DNA of 64,000 nt from Candidatus Gottesmanbacteria bacterium (GTDB taxonomy: Bacteria > Patescibacteriota > Microgenomatia > UBA10105 > UBA927). The stretch lies in assembly GCA_963711735.1 (NCBI GenBank), contig CAVQFA010000005.1:199525-263524 (forward strand), in the 5' to 3' direction. Position numbers and translations under genes: made by a program. The notes under the pieces are model-generated. The model did not search any database. It saw only the letters and a list, made by a program, of their open reading frames with translations, and was not told the DNA's origin. Positions 1 to 18,817 of the stretch are shown here, one piece after another (the stretch's first letter is position 1; each line of letters starts with the position of its first letter).

Positions 1-9468
<9,468 letters not shown>

Positions 9469-9516
9469 TGTTTGACCCACTTGCCACAAGCGTGTGTCTT
9501 CTCTACAATAATTTTT

Positions 9517-10278
9517 ATGGCAGCAAAAACAGTGAACAGAAAACCGGTACGTAAACTGAAACGCTTATTTCTTTTTTTACTTCTTGTTATAACCAGTGCT
9601 GTCGCTGTTGTATTTATTATATTACTTATAAGGAGACAGGAAGATCTTGCGCTGACACCGGCTGAGAAAGTGAAAAAAGAGACAGCTGCAACAATTGCCG
9701 CAATCGGAAAGCTTATGGTGCTTCCGGGCGGTGAAGAGCCGACAATTGCAAGTGTTGCTGATATAACGAAACTGGCAAGTCAACCTTTTTTTACTAATGC
9801 AAAAAACGGAGATAAAGTGCTTATATATAACAAAGCGCGGAAAGCAATTCTTTACAGGCCGGAAACAAATATGATTATAGAAGTTGCTCCCGTGACGATT
9901 GCAACAGGTTCCGGATCAACAACGGCAGGTACACCGGTGCAATCGCCACCGGGAACGAACCTGTCGTATTCTATAGTCCTCTGGAACGGTACTGATGTCA
10001 CAGGGCTCACAAAAAAATATGAACCGGTCCTTACCTCCAAAATTTCCAAAACCACAGTATTGGAGCGTTCAAACGCCAAAAGCATGGAATACGATAAAAG
10101 CATGGTTATTGATTTGACAGGCACACACAAGAGCGACGCGACAAATATAGCAAGCACACTCGGATTTATCACTTCTGAACTTCCTAAAGGGGAGACGAAA
10201 CCATCAAAAGGTGATTTTCTTATCATTCTCGGCCTTGACGCAGTTCCTGCATCACCATCACCTACACCGACGAAGTGA
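9517..10278 (+). CDS. Membrane-anchored hypothetical protein: N-terminal TM helix, extracytoplasmic domain, PASPSPTPTK tail.
   Basis: ORF 9472..10278; ATG at 9517 precedes a basic stretch and the hydrophobic run LFLFLLLVITSAVAVVFIILLI. Confidence 0.5.
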   Translation: MAAKTVNRKPVRKLKRLFLFLLLVITSAVAVVFIILLIRRQEDLALTPAEKVKKETAATIAAIGKLMVLPGGEEPTIASVADITKLASQPFFTNAKNGDKVLIYNKARKAILYRPETNMIIEVAPVTIATGSGSTTAGTPVQSPPGTNLSYSIVLWNGTDVTGLTKKYEPVLTSKISKTTVLERSNAKSMEYDKSMVIDLTGTHKSDATNIASTLGFITSELPKGETKPSKGDFLIILGLDAVPASPSPTPTK

Positions 10279-10312
10279 TACATACCTTCCCGAATGCCTT
10301 CTTTACTCTCAT

Positions 10313-10678
10313 ATGCGTGCTCGGGTACAATACGGTCATATGCTGAACTTTCATGACCACAAACTTTGGCAGGATGCTTTTGTTGTCCTCATGGACATTC
10401 ATGACGTTATAGACGGTCTCGATACGGACAAGCATGAAGAAATTATTGAAGCACTCCTTGAATCCGCGCAAAACGTTGCTTCGAAAATAGCGGATGGATT
10501 ATCCCGCTCAGATCACCGGATCGGCAGGGACCTTATTTATGATTCTGTCGGACTTGTAGCTATCACACGAACCGAACTTGCCGTCGCATGGGGAAGGGGA
10601 ATTGTTGATGATCAGACATTTAAAACAATTGATGACAAGTACGCTCAGTTAACAAACGCATTGCAGTCGTATAAATAA
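10313..10678 (+). CDS. Four-helix-bundle protein resembling the 23S rRNA intervening-sequence protein family.
   Basis: Pattern ...LWQDA...NVASKIADGLSRSD...DSVGL..TEL.VAWGRGIVDDQTF..IDDKYAQLTNALQSY resembles the W-Q-A / NIAEG..R / GS..E motifs of that family. Start chosen at internal ATG 10313 to avoid overlap with the upstream gene. Confidence 0.4.
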   Translation: MRARVQYGHMLNFHDHKLWQDAFVVLMDIHDVIDGLDTDKHEEIIEALLESAQNVASKIADGLSRSDHRIGRDLIYDSVGLVAITRTELAVAWGRGIVDDQTFKTIDDKYAQLTNALQSYK

Positions 10679-11146
10679 GTGAATACAACTGTGAACGTAT
10701 ATATAGGTTCAGACCATCGCGGTTTTCATCTCAAAGAATCTCTCAAAGCATGGCTTTCTCATAGCGGGTATTCAGTTGTCGATTGTGGTAATGCACAATT
10801 TGAACCTACGGATGATTTCCCGGATTATTGTTTCGCGGTTGCTGACAAAGTAATCTCCGATGATACCTCCATGGGAATTGCTATTTGCGGTTCTGGTGGC
10901 GGTGTGACGATTGCAGCCAACAAAGTGACCGGTATACGCTGCGGACAAGCTCTCAATATAGCCGATGTTATACACAACAGAAGACATAACAATATGAATG
11001 TTCTGGCAATCGGATCGGATTTTGTATCAGACGCAGAGGCAAAATCTATGGTTGATGCGTTTTTAAAAACGCCATTTGGCAATGAGGAACGGTTTCTCCG
11101 GCGTCTCGGGAAAATTGCCGCACGTGAATGCACAGCGGACAGATAG
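10679..11146 (+). CDS. rpiB: Ribose-5-phosphate isomerase B (RpiB/LacAB family).
   Basis: IGSDHRGFHLK, ICGSGGGVTIAANKVTGIRCG and HNNMNVLAIGSDFV match RpiB signature segments; GTG start. Confidence 0.8.
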   Translation: MNTTVNVYIGSDHRGFHLKESLKAWLSHSGYSVVDCGNAQFEPTDDFPDYCFAVADKVISDDTSMGIAICGSGGGVTIAANKVTGIRCGQALNIADVIHNRRHNNMNVLAIGSDFVSDAEAKSMVDAFLKTPFGNEERFLRRLGKIAARECTADR

Positions 11147-11218
11147 CAGAATAATTCATTCAAATACTATGTAAATTGCCTCTTGCCAACTATACCGTTC
11201 ATTCGTTATCGTCATACT

Positions 11219-11866
11219 ATGATCGATGTTATTCCCGGTATTTACGAAGCAGACCTGAAAGAAATATCACGAAAAGTATCCATCGTTTCACCATTTGTTT
11301 CGTGGGTTCAGATTGATGTCTCGGACGGAACGTTTGTTGCGAAAAAATCATGTATGGAACTGTCAAAAATAGCCCCCATCATCACTGATTCACAGAAAGA
11401 CGGGGAAGTATCATTTGAAGCGCATATCATGGCGACCCGTCCGGAAAAGTTTGTGAAGGATTTAGGCGCAGGAGGATTCAAACGGATTATCGCACATATA
11501 GAATCGGATGACCCGCGTATATTTTTAGATGAAGCGCAATACGAAAGTGTTGAAGTAGGTCTTGCTATAGATGCACCGACAGAGTTGTCACATCTTGATC
11601 CGTTCCTCGAGGAAATCGATATGGTTTTAGTTATGACAGCAGAGGCCGGAGCCAGCGGTCAGGAACTTATGGCAGAAACTGTAGAAAAAATACGGCTTAT
11701 TCATGAAAATTATCCCGATCTTCCTATCGAAGTTGATTGCGGAATCAATGACAAAACCGCCAAAATCGTAACTGATGCAGGTGCAAGCAGGCTTGTTGTA
11801 ACATCGTATTTATTTGATCATGAGCGGGACTTAGCACAGTCCATTGCACATCTAAAAGGCTTATAA
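11219..11866 (+). CDS. rpe: Ribulose-phosphate 3-epimerase-like (TIM-barrel) protein.
   Basis: Hallmarks: IDVSDG.F, FEAHIMA, GFKRIIAHIE, VLVMTAEAGASGQ and VDCGIN resemble Rpe motifs. Start at internal ATG 11219. Confidence 0.65.
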   Translation: MIDVIPGIYEADLKEISRKVSIVSPFVSWVQIDVSDGTFVAKKSCMELSKIAPIITDSQKDGEVSFEAHIMATRPEKFVKDLGAGGFKRIIAHIESDDPRIFLDEAQYESVEVGLAIDAPTELSHLDPFLEEIDMVLVMTAEAGASGQELMAETVEKIRLIHENYPDLPIEVDCGINDKTAKIVTDAGASRLVVTSYLFDHERDLAQSIAHLKGL

Positions 11867-11873
11867 TGGGTAT

Positions 11874-13772
11874 ATGCTTGCCGAAGAACTCACTCGCATA
11901 GCATCCAAAATCCGCTTACATATCCTTACTATGACGCACGCGGCGGGATCAGGGCATCCGACATCCTGTTTTTCGCTTGTCGATCTGGCAGTTGTTCTCT
12001 ATTTTCGGTATCTGCGGTTTGACCTTGATAATGCCCAAAATCCGAATAACGACAGGGTAATTTTTTCCAAAGGACACGCTTCGGCCCTTCTCTACGCCCT
12101 ATACGCAATTACCGGGAAACTTTCCCAAAAGGATCTAACAGGATACCGGATGTTTGAAAGTCCTCTTGAGGGGCATCCGACATACCGTTTTCCGTACGCA
12201 GAAGCAGCAACAGGATCATTAGGTCAGGGACTTTCAATTGCGTGCGGAGAAGCATGGGGCATCCGGAAACATTCTGAGTCCGGGAAAGGTACGGATGCTA
12301 CCGGTACATTACTTCCCCGGGTATATTGTTTACTGGGGGACGGAGAACTCGCGGAAGGGTCGGTTTGGGAGGCGGCAGGATGGGCAAGTCATAATAAACT
12401 CGGAAATCTGACAGCAATCGTTGACGTCAACCGGTATGGTCAGGCTTCCGAAACAATGCTCGGACACGATATGGACGCATACCGTAAGCGGTTTGAATCG
12501 TACGGCTGGGTGTCAATTGTCATCGACGGGCACAAATACGATGAAATAATTGCGGCTTTCGATAAAGTGACAACGTATGCTTCAGGCCCATCGGTCATTT
12601 TAGCAAAAACTTTAAAAGGAAAAGGTGTGCCGGAATGGGAAGATAAAGATAACTGGCACAATAGGATGTTACCGAAAGATACATTGGAAGAGGCTATACA
12701 GAAATTTGAGAAGGAATCAGAAAATCTGCCCCTGGTCTCTATTGGGAAACCTCCTGTATCCGGCAAGAATACCGGTAATGTTAAAGTACATAAATCAGCA
12801 CCGCTTCCGTTACCGATGCCGGCTCTGTATGATACCAAAACGCTCATACCGACCAAACGTGCGTTTGGAAACGCGCTTGTCCGCATCGGAAAAATGACGC
12901 CGAATCTCATGGTTCTTGATGCAGATATGGCAAATTCAGTTCACCTGGATCTTTTTCGTGAAGCTTTCCCTCAACAGTTTCTTGAAATGTACATTTCGGA
13001 ACAGAATATGGCAGGGGTTGCAACAGGGCTTGCCAAACGGGGATTTATACCGGTTGTGTCTACGTTTGCCTCGTTTCTCACCCGGGCACATGACCAGATC
13101 CGCATGATGCCTTTAAGTAACGTACACATTGTTGTCGGAGGAACGTATGTGGGTGCATCAGAGGGCAGGGACGGACCGTCACAAATGGGACTTGAAGATC
13201 TCGCGATGATGCGCTCTCTGTTCGGATCTACCGTCGTATATCCTGCCGATCCGTATGCAACTGAACTTTTAACGGAAGAGCTTATAAAAGGAAACGGTGT
13301 TTGTTATATCCGGACAACGCGGGAACCGACACCGGTAATTTATGGTCCGAACGACAAGTTTACCATCGGCGGTTCACATGTTTTCCCTCCGCACACGGGT
13401 GATGCCAAAAATCTCACGACAATCATTACAGCCGGAATCACTCTTCACGAAGCACTTATTGCACAAAAAACTCTTACAAAGGACCACATACCCGTTCGTG
13501 TGATTGATTGTTATAGTATCAAACCGATAGATATTCAAACGCTTCAGATGGCAGCAAAAGACTCAACAGCAATAGTCATTGTTGAAGATCACTATCCTGA
13601 AGGAGGTTTAGGGGAAGCTGTATTATCCGGTTTGTCCGGTATTGCACATCCGGGAACATATCATATGGCAGTCAGAAAATTACCTATGTCAGGAAGCCCG
13701 AATGAGCTTCTTTCGTATGAGGATATATCAGCGGATGCAATTATCCGGACCATACGGGGTATAAAATCATAA
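11874..13772 (+). CDS. tkt: Transketolase (single-chain; N and C domains fused).
   Basis: GSGHPTSCFS...RVIFSKGHASALLYA and the GDGELAEG TPP-binding motif; 632 aa. Confidence 0.9.
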   Translation: MLAEELTRIASKIRLHILTMTHAAGSGHPTSCFSLVDLAVVLYFRYLRFDLDNAQNPNNDRVIFSKGHASALLYALYAITGKLSQKDLTGYRMFESPLEGHPTYRFPYAEAATGSLGQGLSIACGEAWGIRKHSESGKGTDATGTLLPRVYCLLGDGELAEGSVWEAAGWASHNKLGNLTAIVDVNRYGQASETMLGHDMDAYRKRFESYGWVSIVIDGHKYDEIIAAFDKVTTYASGPSVILAKTLKGKGVPEWEDKDNWHNRMLPKDTLEEAIQKFEKESENLPLVSIGKPPVSGKNTGNVKVHKSAPLPLPMPALYDTKTLIPTKRAFGNALVRIGKMTPNLMVLDADMANSVHLDLFREAFPQQFLEMYISEQNMAGVATGLAKRGFIPVVSTFASFLTRAHDQIRMMPLSNVHIVVGGTYVGASEGRDGPSQMGLEDLAMMRSLFGSTVVYPADPYATELLTEELIKGNGVCYIRTTREPTPVIYGPNDKFTIGGSHVFPPHTGDAKNLTTIITAGITLHEALIAQKTLTKDHIPVRVIDCYSIKPIDIQTLQMAAKDSTAIVIVEDHYPEGGLGEAVLSGLSGIAHPGTYHMAVRKLPMSGSPNELLSYEDISADAIIRTIRGIKS

Positions 13773-13831
13773 ACCCGGAATCTTAAAGGCGTCCCTTTAC
13801 TCTTTTTATAATTCTCTTTATAGTTATTTAT

Positions 13832-14830
13832 ATGTACGGAAAAATATTTATTGGCGGCACATTTGATCAATTTCATGCCGGTCACGAAGCAATTCTTCTT
13901 CGGACTTTTCAGGAGGGGGAGAGAGTGATCATCGGCCTCACGTCTGACGCATTTATCAAGAAGTATAAAGAAGGACCTCACCGTCCGTTCGAAGACAGAA
14001 AAGAAACTATCGAAAACTGGCTTGATACGCGGGAGCTTCTTCCCCGTGCAACAATTATTCCGATTGACGATCCGTATGAACCCGCTGCAAGCGATGCGGA
14101 TTTACAGGCGCTTATAGTTACGAAAGAAAATAGGGAGAGGGGAAATGAAATAAATGCAAGAAGAATAAAAAATTCTCTTCAGGAACTTATACTTGTTGAA
14201 ATACCGATGGTGTCGGCAGAGGATGGTATGCCAATTTCTTCAACCCGCATCAGAAATAAGGAAATTGATGAAAAAGGGCATCTCTATATGCCGGAAATAC
14301 TCCGTTCGTCGCTTCAAAAACCTCTCGGGAGGGTCCTTACAAATGGTAATATGAAACACGTATTTCATGAAAGACAGGGGAAGATAATAATTACTATAGG
14401 TGATATCACAACATCCGTATTTCTGGAGAATGGCGTCATGCCGAACCTCGCTGTTGTAGATCTCTTTGTCCGTCGCAGACCATACAAAACACTCGAAGAG
14501 TATAAATTTCCGCCTGGAACCATTGTACGGAAAGTCAAAAGCGGTCCCGGATTTATCTCACATCAGGCTATAAGCGAGCTGGAAATGTGGGCTTCCGGTG
14601 CTGCACTTGACGCGTCAACGCATACAGTCTTTGTCGTTGATGGGGAAGAAGATCTGATTGCACTCGCTGCAATTACTGTCGTTCCTCTCGGAAGCATCGT
14701 GTACTATGGTCAGCCGGGGATTCCGTCTGTCGATGAGCTTTATAAAACCGAGGGGTTAGTGGAAGTCAATATTACGGATGCTGTCAAAACGACTGTTCGG
14801 TCTCTTATGAGCCGTTTTATTACGAAGTGA
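13832..14830 (+). CDS. Fusion of an archaeal-type phosphopantetheine adenylyltransferase (cytidylyltransferase fold) with a DUF359 / GTP-dependent dephospho-CoA kinase-like domain.
   Basis: N-terminal GGTFDQFHAGHEAIL...GLTSD...ISSTRIR is typical of archaeal PPAT. C-terminal GDITTS...VVDGEEDLIALAAITVVPLGSIVYYGQPG matches my recollection of DUF359. Confidence 0.6.
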   Translation: MYGKIFIGGTFDQFHAGHEAILLRTFQEGERVIIGLTSDAFIKKYKEGPHRPFEDRKETIENWLDTRELLPRATIIPIDDPYEPAASDADLQALIVTKENRERGNEINARRIKNSLQELILVEIPMVSAEDGMPISSTRIRNKEIDEKGHLYMPEILRSSLQKPLGRVLTNGNMKHVFHERQGKIIITIGDITTSVFLENGVMPNLAVVDLFVRRRPYKTLEEYKFPPGTIVRKVKSGPGFISHQAISELEMWASGAALDASTHTVFVVDGEEDLIALAAITVVPLGSIVYYGQPGIPSVDELYKTEGLVEVNITDAVKTTVRSLMSRFITK

Positions 14831-14876
14831 TTTTTTTACTTGTATACACGTTTTATTCTCATAATACAGTTACTAT

Positions 14877-15734
14877 ATGGCAAAATATGTTCCTGATGTA
14901 AAAACACAACGGTGGGTCATTATTTCTGCGATGAGAACCCGAAGACCGACAAATCTGGAGGGCAAACCCGCCCCGACATTTAAATGTCCATTCTGTTATG
15001 GAGCGGAAAAGTCAACTCCGCCGGAGGTTTATCGGATCGGGGAGGGGGAAAAGGATGCACCGGGCTGGCAGGTTCGCGTAGTTCCCAATAAGTATCCGAT
15101 AACTGACATACACGAAGTGATCATTCATAGTCCGGAAGATACCAAGGATATCGAACATCTTCCGTCTGATCAGGTTGTCCGCATCATGACTGCTTACCGT
15201 GACAGATTCCGTGCGCACGATGATGAAGGACATGTCATCATATTCTGTAACCATGGTTTTCAGGCAGGAGCGTCTTTGGCTCACCCGCATTCCCAGCTCG
15301 TCGTTGTTCCGCGACAAATAAATCTTGATGCGTTATCGCTTGAACCGATTGCAAATATCGTGACGGAAACTCCGGCATTTGTTACGTACTGTCCTGATTT
15401 TTCCCAGTGGCCGTACGAGGTTTGGATTGCACCCAAAACGAAGGGGGAGAAATTCGGGGATATCGACGATGCCCGCGTTAAGTTAGCTGCAGAATCGCTT
15501 CAGAACGCATTGAAACGTATCGAAGCAGTGCTCACCGATCCGCATGTGCCGTTTAAACAGGCGAATGATCCGTTTGTCTACAATTATCATATCTTTCACG
15601 GGACAAATTGGTTTATCAGGATAACACCGCGTGCTGTGCACAGAGCCGGATTTGAGCTCGGATCAGGACTTAACGTGAACGTCGTAGATCCCACAGATGC
15701 CGCCAGAAGTCTTTCGGAAGTTACATTGAAATAA
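14877..15734 (+). CDS. galT: Galactose-1-phosphate uridylyltransferase-like (HIT superfamily, GalT branch).
   Basis: CPFC zinc motif near the N-terminus and the HPHSQ (HxHxQ) active-site motif. Confidence 0.7.
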   Translation: MAKYVPDVKTQRWVIISAMRTRRPTNLEGKPAPTFKCPFCYGAEKSTPPEVYRIGEGEKDAPGWQVRVVPNKYPITDIHEVIIHSPEDTKDIEHLPSDQVVRIMTAYRDRFRAHDDEGHVIIFCNHGFQAGASLAHPHSQLVVVPRQINLDALSLEPIANIVTETPAFVTYCPDFSQWPYEVWIAPKTKGEKFGDIDDARVKLAAESLQNALKRIEAVLTDPHVPFKQANDPFVYNYHIFHGTNWFIRITPRAVHRAGFELGSGLNVNVVDPTDAARSLSEVTLK

Positions 15735-15753
15735 CTATACTGTGGTTTATCCG

Positions 15754-15954
15754 TTATAATTGACCTTTTTGCTGTAATCCCAGAAGCCACATCACGGCTT
15801 CTTTTTTGTATCGTCTGTCACCGCGGGAATTTATACGGATTGCAGGAAGTTTACCCCTTTTTCCCCATCGTTTAATAGTGAGAGGGGAAACGCGCAGAAT
15901 TTTTGCTACTTCACGGACAGTGAGTAAATCGGGCCAATCATCACCGAGAGCCAT
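15754..15954 (-). CDS. Small helix-turn-helix DNA-binding protein (excisionase/MerR-like HTH).
   Basis: 66 aa; LTVREVAKILRVSPLTIKRWGKRGKLPAIR is a classic HTH. Confidence 0.5.
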   Translation of the reverse strand: MALGDDWPDLLTVREVAKILRVSPLTIKRWGKRGKLPAIRINSRGDRRYKKEAVMWLLGLQQKGQL

Positions 15955-16224
15955 ATAATTTTTATGTAACGTGTGTATCTGTTAATATAACATTCGGCGC
16001 ATACTAACAAGATATACCCGTTTGGTTCCTCTAGGCAGGCGAAGCATTACGAAATAATTTTTCCATCCGGTTAGCGGTTTGGAAGGTATCTTTATAAATC
16101 TAACAATATCATCTTAGGTCAAACATTGTCAATAGGGAGGAAGGCAGTTGTGGATAACTTTTGGATGCGGGAATTTATTTTGCGACGTATTTGATTGATA
16201 AAATATTTTACCTGCTCATTATTT

Positions 16225-16266
16225 TGAAAACAAAAATCCCTCAAATACATAAATGTATCGAGGGAT
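16225..16266 (-). terminator. Rho-independent terminator after rplL (hairpin GATCCCTC..ATACAT/ATGTAT..GAGGGATC followed by a U-run on the minus strand).
   Basis: Near-perfect palindrome at 16236-16266 with T-rich tail (plus-strand ttttgaaaacaaaaa) immediately 3' of the rplL stop. Confidence 0.5.
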
Positions 16267-16291
16267 CATTGTATCGTTATGAATAATAATT

Positions 16292-16684
16292 TTATTTCAA
16301 TTCAATTTTTGCGCCTGCTGTTTCAAGCTTTTTCTTTGCTTCCTCGGCAGTTGCTTTGTTTACACCCGCTACGACCTCTTTTGGAGCCGATTCTACCAGC
16401 GCTTTTGCTTCCTGGAGACCAAGTGTCGGGACAAGTTCACGAACCGCTTTAATGACTCCGATTTTATTATCACCGATTGCAGAGAGGATTACATTAAAGA
16501 CAGTCTGTTCTTCCTTCGGTTCACCCCCGTCCGACGGGGCTGGCACTCCGCCTGCGGCAGCGACAGCCACCGGGGCTGCAGATACACCGAATTTCTCTTC
16601 GAGTGCTTTCACGAGGTCTGCAAGCTCAAGTACGGTCATATCTTCAACTGCTTTTAATATATCGTCTTTTGATAGTTTTGCCAT
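16292..16684 (-). CDS. rplL: 50S ribosomal protein L7/L12.
   Basis: [34 protein letters not shown]...[13 protein letters not shown]; Ala/Gly-rich hinge. Confidence 0.95.
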   Translation of the reverse strand: MAKLSKDDILKAVEDMTVLELADLVKALEEKFGVSAAPVAVAAAGGVPAPSDGGEPKEEQTVFNVILSAIGDNKIGVIKAVRELVPTLGLQEAKALVESAPKEVVAGVNKATAEEAKKKLETAGAKIELK

Positions 16685-16736
16685 ATATTTCACCACCTCT
16701 CTTGTTATCTGTTTCCGCTCATAGCGGAGATCATCG

Positions 16737-17252
16737 TTAATTTGCTTTTTTTGCTTTTATACTGCTCAGTGCCCATACTAATTTATTCAAATTCCAGCTG
16801 AGCGCATAGTGGAATCCCTGAATGGGAGCGTTCAGTTGCCTCACAAGTTTACCGAGAAGCACATCCCTCGTCGGAAGCTGGGAAAGTCTCGTCACGTCCG
16901 CCACAGACAGAAGAGTGCTCCCCATAACTCCTCCTTTAAGCGTTCCCATACCGACTGATTTGAAAAATTTCATGAGAACTTTAACAGGCGCGACTTCGTC
17001 TTCATATGCGTATACTGTCGCGGTTGCGTGTTTAAATGTGTCCCAAAGAGCTTCTTTGGACGGTCCGAGAGCCCGCATGAGAAGTTTGTTTTTTGTAACG
17101 GTGAACTCACCGTTTGCCTTTTTCATTTCACGGCGCAATTCTTCCAGCTGCTTGTGTTTGATGCCTGTATAATCGGCAAAAATCATTGATTTTGCTTTTG
17201 ATGCCTTATCGCTGAGTTTCTGTACCGTATCCGTCTTTTTTTGTGTTGCCAT
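16737..17252 (-). CDS. rplJ: 50S ribosomal protein L10.
   Basis: [45 protein letters not shown]...; sits immediately upstream of rplL. Confidence 0.95.
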   Translation of the reverse strand: MATQKKTDTVQKLSDKASKAKSMIFADYTGIKHKQLEELRREMKKANGEFTVTKNKLLMRALGPSKEALWDTFKHATATVYAYEDEVAPVKVLMKFFKSVGMGTLKGGVMGSTLLSVADVTRLSQLPTRDVLLGKLVRQLNAPIQGFHYALSWNLNKLVWALSSIKAKKAN

Positions 17253-17327
17253 ATTATATCGTAAACGCAAAAGTAATACGCGTTTGTCCGTTGTCAGGCG
17301 TTCTGTCGCGGTATTACTTCCGGTTAC

Positions 17328-17368
17328 GTCTCCATAAAAAAAGCTCTCTGTTTACCAAGACAAGAGAG
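17328..17368 (-). promoter_or_regulatory. Attenuator-like hairpin plus U-run in the rplJ (L10) leader.
   Basis: Minus strand: GCTCTCT-13nt-AGAGAGC followed by TTTTTTTAT, ~80 nt upstream of the rplJ start. The E. coli rplJL leader contains an attenuator. Confidence 0.4.
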
Positions 17369-17626
17369 CATCATCCTGATGATGTGTTTATTATCATGCG
17401 GATGCTGATTCCCTCGGTAGGTGGATATTTTCTGTTATTGCCCTTTATCGGGCAACCTACTGTCTTTAGGATAGTGTATTTATACCATAGTTACCCTTTC
17501 GGCACAAGGGTGATGTATGAAGTGTTGACAGCTATCTTTTAAGTATTGTACCTTAAATTTATGGAAGGTTTTAATTTTGATATTCATGCAACGCAAAAAT
17601 ATTGCGTGCCTGGGGGTAAATGACGT

Positions 17627-17902
17627 ATGAAAAAGACAAAAATTGCCGGAAAAGCTCAGAAGCGTATTAGGACGATCAAATCTTTAGGTCCTCAATGGAT
17701 GAGTATTGCCTTATTTGTACTCGTTGCAGTAATTATTGTCGGTGCGTTATTTGCATATTTTCAGGATAACAGTCAGTCCCGCGCCGGATCAGTATGTCAA
17801 ATTGCCGGTCAATACTGCGCAAAAACCACTGAATGTTGTACGGGATTTATGTGTGACCTGGGTCAGTACAGATGCGTACCTCTTCCCATGGATGGGAATT
17901 GA
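17627..17902 (+). CDS. Small membrane-anchored/secreted cysteine-rich peptide (6 Cys; ends ...YRCVPLPMDGN).
   Basis: N-terminal hydrophobic helix IALFVLVAVIIVGALFAYF, then SRAGSVCQIAGQYCAKTTECCTGFMCDLGQYRCVP. Lies between rplA and rplJ on the opposite strand. A paralog is at 36027..36329. Confidence 0.45.
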   Translation: MKKTKIAGKAQKRIRTIKSLGPQWMSIALFVLVAVIIVGALFAYFQDNSQSRAGSVCQIAGQYCAKTTECCTGFMCDLGQYRCVPLPMDGN

Positions 17903-17915
17903 CTCAGTTAGAAGT

Positions 17916-18794
17916 TTAGCTTACGGCAAGTTTAATTCCCGGACCCATTGTAGACGTGAGGGTTGCTCTGGCAATTTTTCCTTTGCCGACTGATGTGAAA
18001 ATTGCTGAAATATTTTCCTCCAGTTGCTTATCGGTAAAAGATACTTTTCCGACAGCCATATGGATGATCGGATTGTCCGGTTCAGTTTTATAATTAATCT
18101 GTCCCTGGGAAAGCTCTTTCACCCGTTTCTCCACGTCCGCGGTAACAGTACCGTTTTTGGGATTAGGCATTAGTCCTTTGGGACCCAAGGTGCGGGCAAA
18201 TTTAGCAAGTTTCGGCATCATTGACGGATGCGCAACGAGAATATCAAAAGTAATCTTTCCTGCTTCTATTTCTGCAAGGATTGCGTCACTTGCAACCACG
18301 ACATTTATTTTCTTGCCTGTACCGTGCGGGAGAGATACCTGTCCTCGGATATCCTTTTTCTCGCCAAGCGTTGCGGGATTGAGATTGATGTGTATTTCAA
18401 CGGTGCCGTCAAACTTTGTGAGGCTGGTTTTTTTGACTAGTGCGACAGCTTCTTTCAGCGAATACATTTTTTTGGCATCGACGAGTTTCACAATTTCCAG
18501 ATATCTTTTTGACCGGGTTTTTACTTGTGCCTCATCTGCATTTTTTTTCTTTTTCCCTTTACCTTTTGATTTTTTTTCTTCGCTATCCGGGATTTTTTCT
18601 TCCTTTTCAACTTTTTCGATGAGCTTTTTAAATTCCGGCTTTATATCAGTGCCTTCAACCACCGCTGTGCGTTCACCGGTTTTACCGTCACCTTTTTTCT
18701 TTGCCTGCTTGGTTTGCCGGCGCGCTTCGGCACGTTTTTTCTGCTCTTCTTCAAGAGATTCATCACCCATGACCATTTTTCGTACTTTTCCCAT
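17916..18794 (-). CDS. rplA: 50S ribosomal protein L1 with a ~90-aa Lys/Glu-rich N-terminal extension.
   Basis: Core ...KRYLEIVKLVDAKKMYSLKEAVALVKK...GQINYKTEPDNPIIHMAVGKVSF... is L1. Preceded by MGKVRKMVMGDESLEEEQKKRAEARRQTKQAKKKGDGK...KGKGKKKK. Confidence 0.95.
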   Translation of the reverse strand: MGKVRKMVMGDESLEEEQKKRAEARRQTKQAKKKGDGKTGERTAVVEGTDIKPEFKKLIEKVEKEEKIPDSEEKKSKGKGKKKKNADEAQVKTRSKRYLEIVKLVDAKKMYSLKEAVALVKKTSLTKFDGTVEIHINLNPATLGEKKDIRGQVSLPHGTGKKINVVVASDAILAEIEAGKITFDILVAHPSMMPKLAKFARTLGPKGLMPNPKNGTVTADVEKRVKELSQGQINYKTEPDNPIIHMAVGKVSFTDKQLEENISAIFTSVGKGKIARATLTSTMGPGIKLAVS

Positions 18795-18817
18795 AGTGTT
18801 ATATCTGTATGAAAATT

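Noticed and set aside
12440-13107. Overlapping minor ORFs within tkt and other long genes (e.g. 12440..12910 -, 12625..12897 +, 12916..13107 +).
   Set aside because: They are embedded in confidently assigned genes on the opposite strand or in other frames, and have no motifs.
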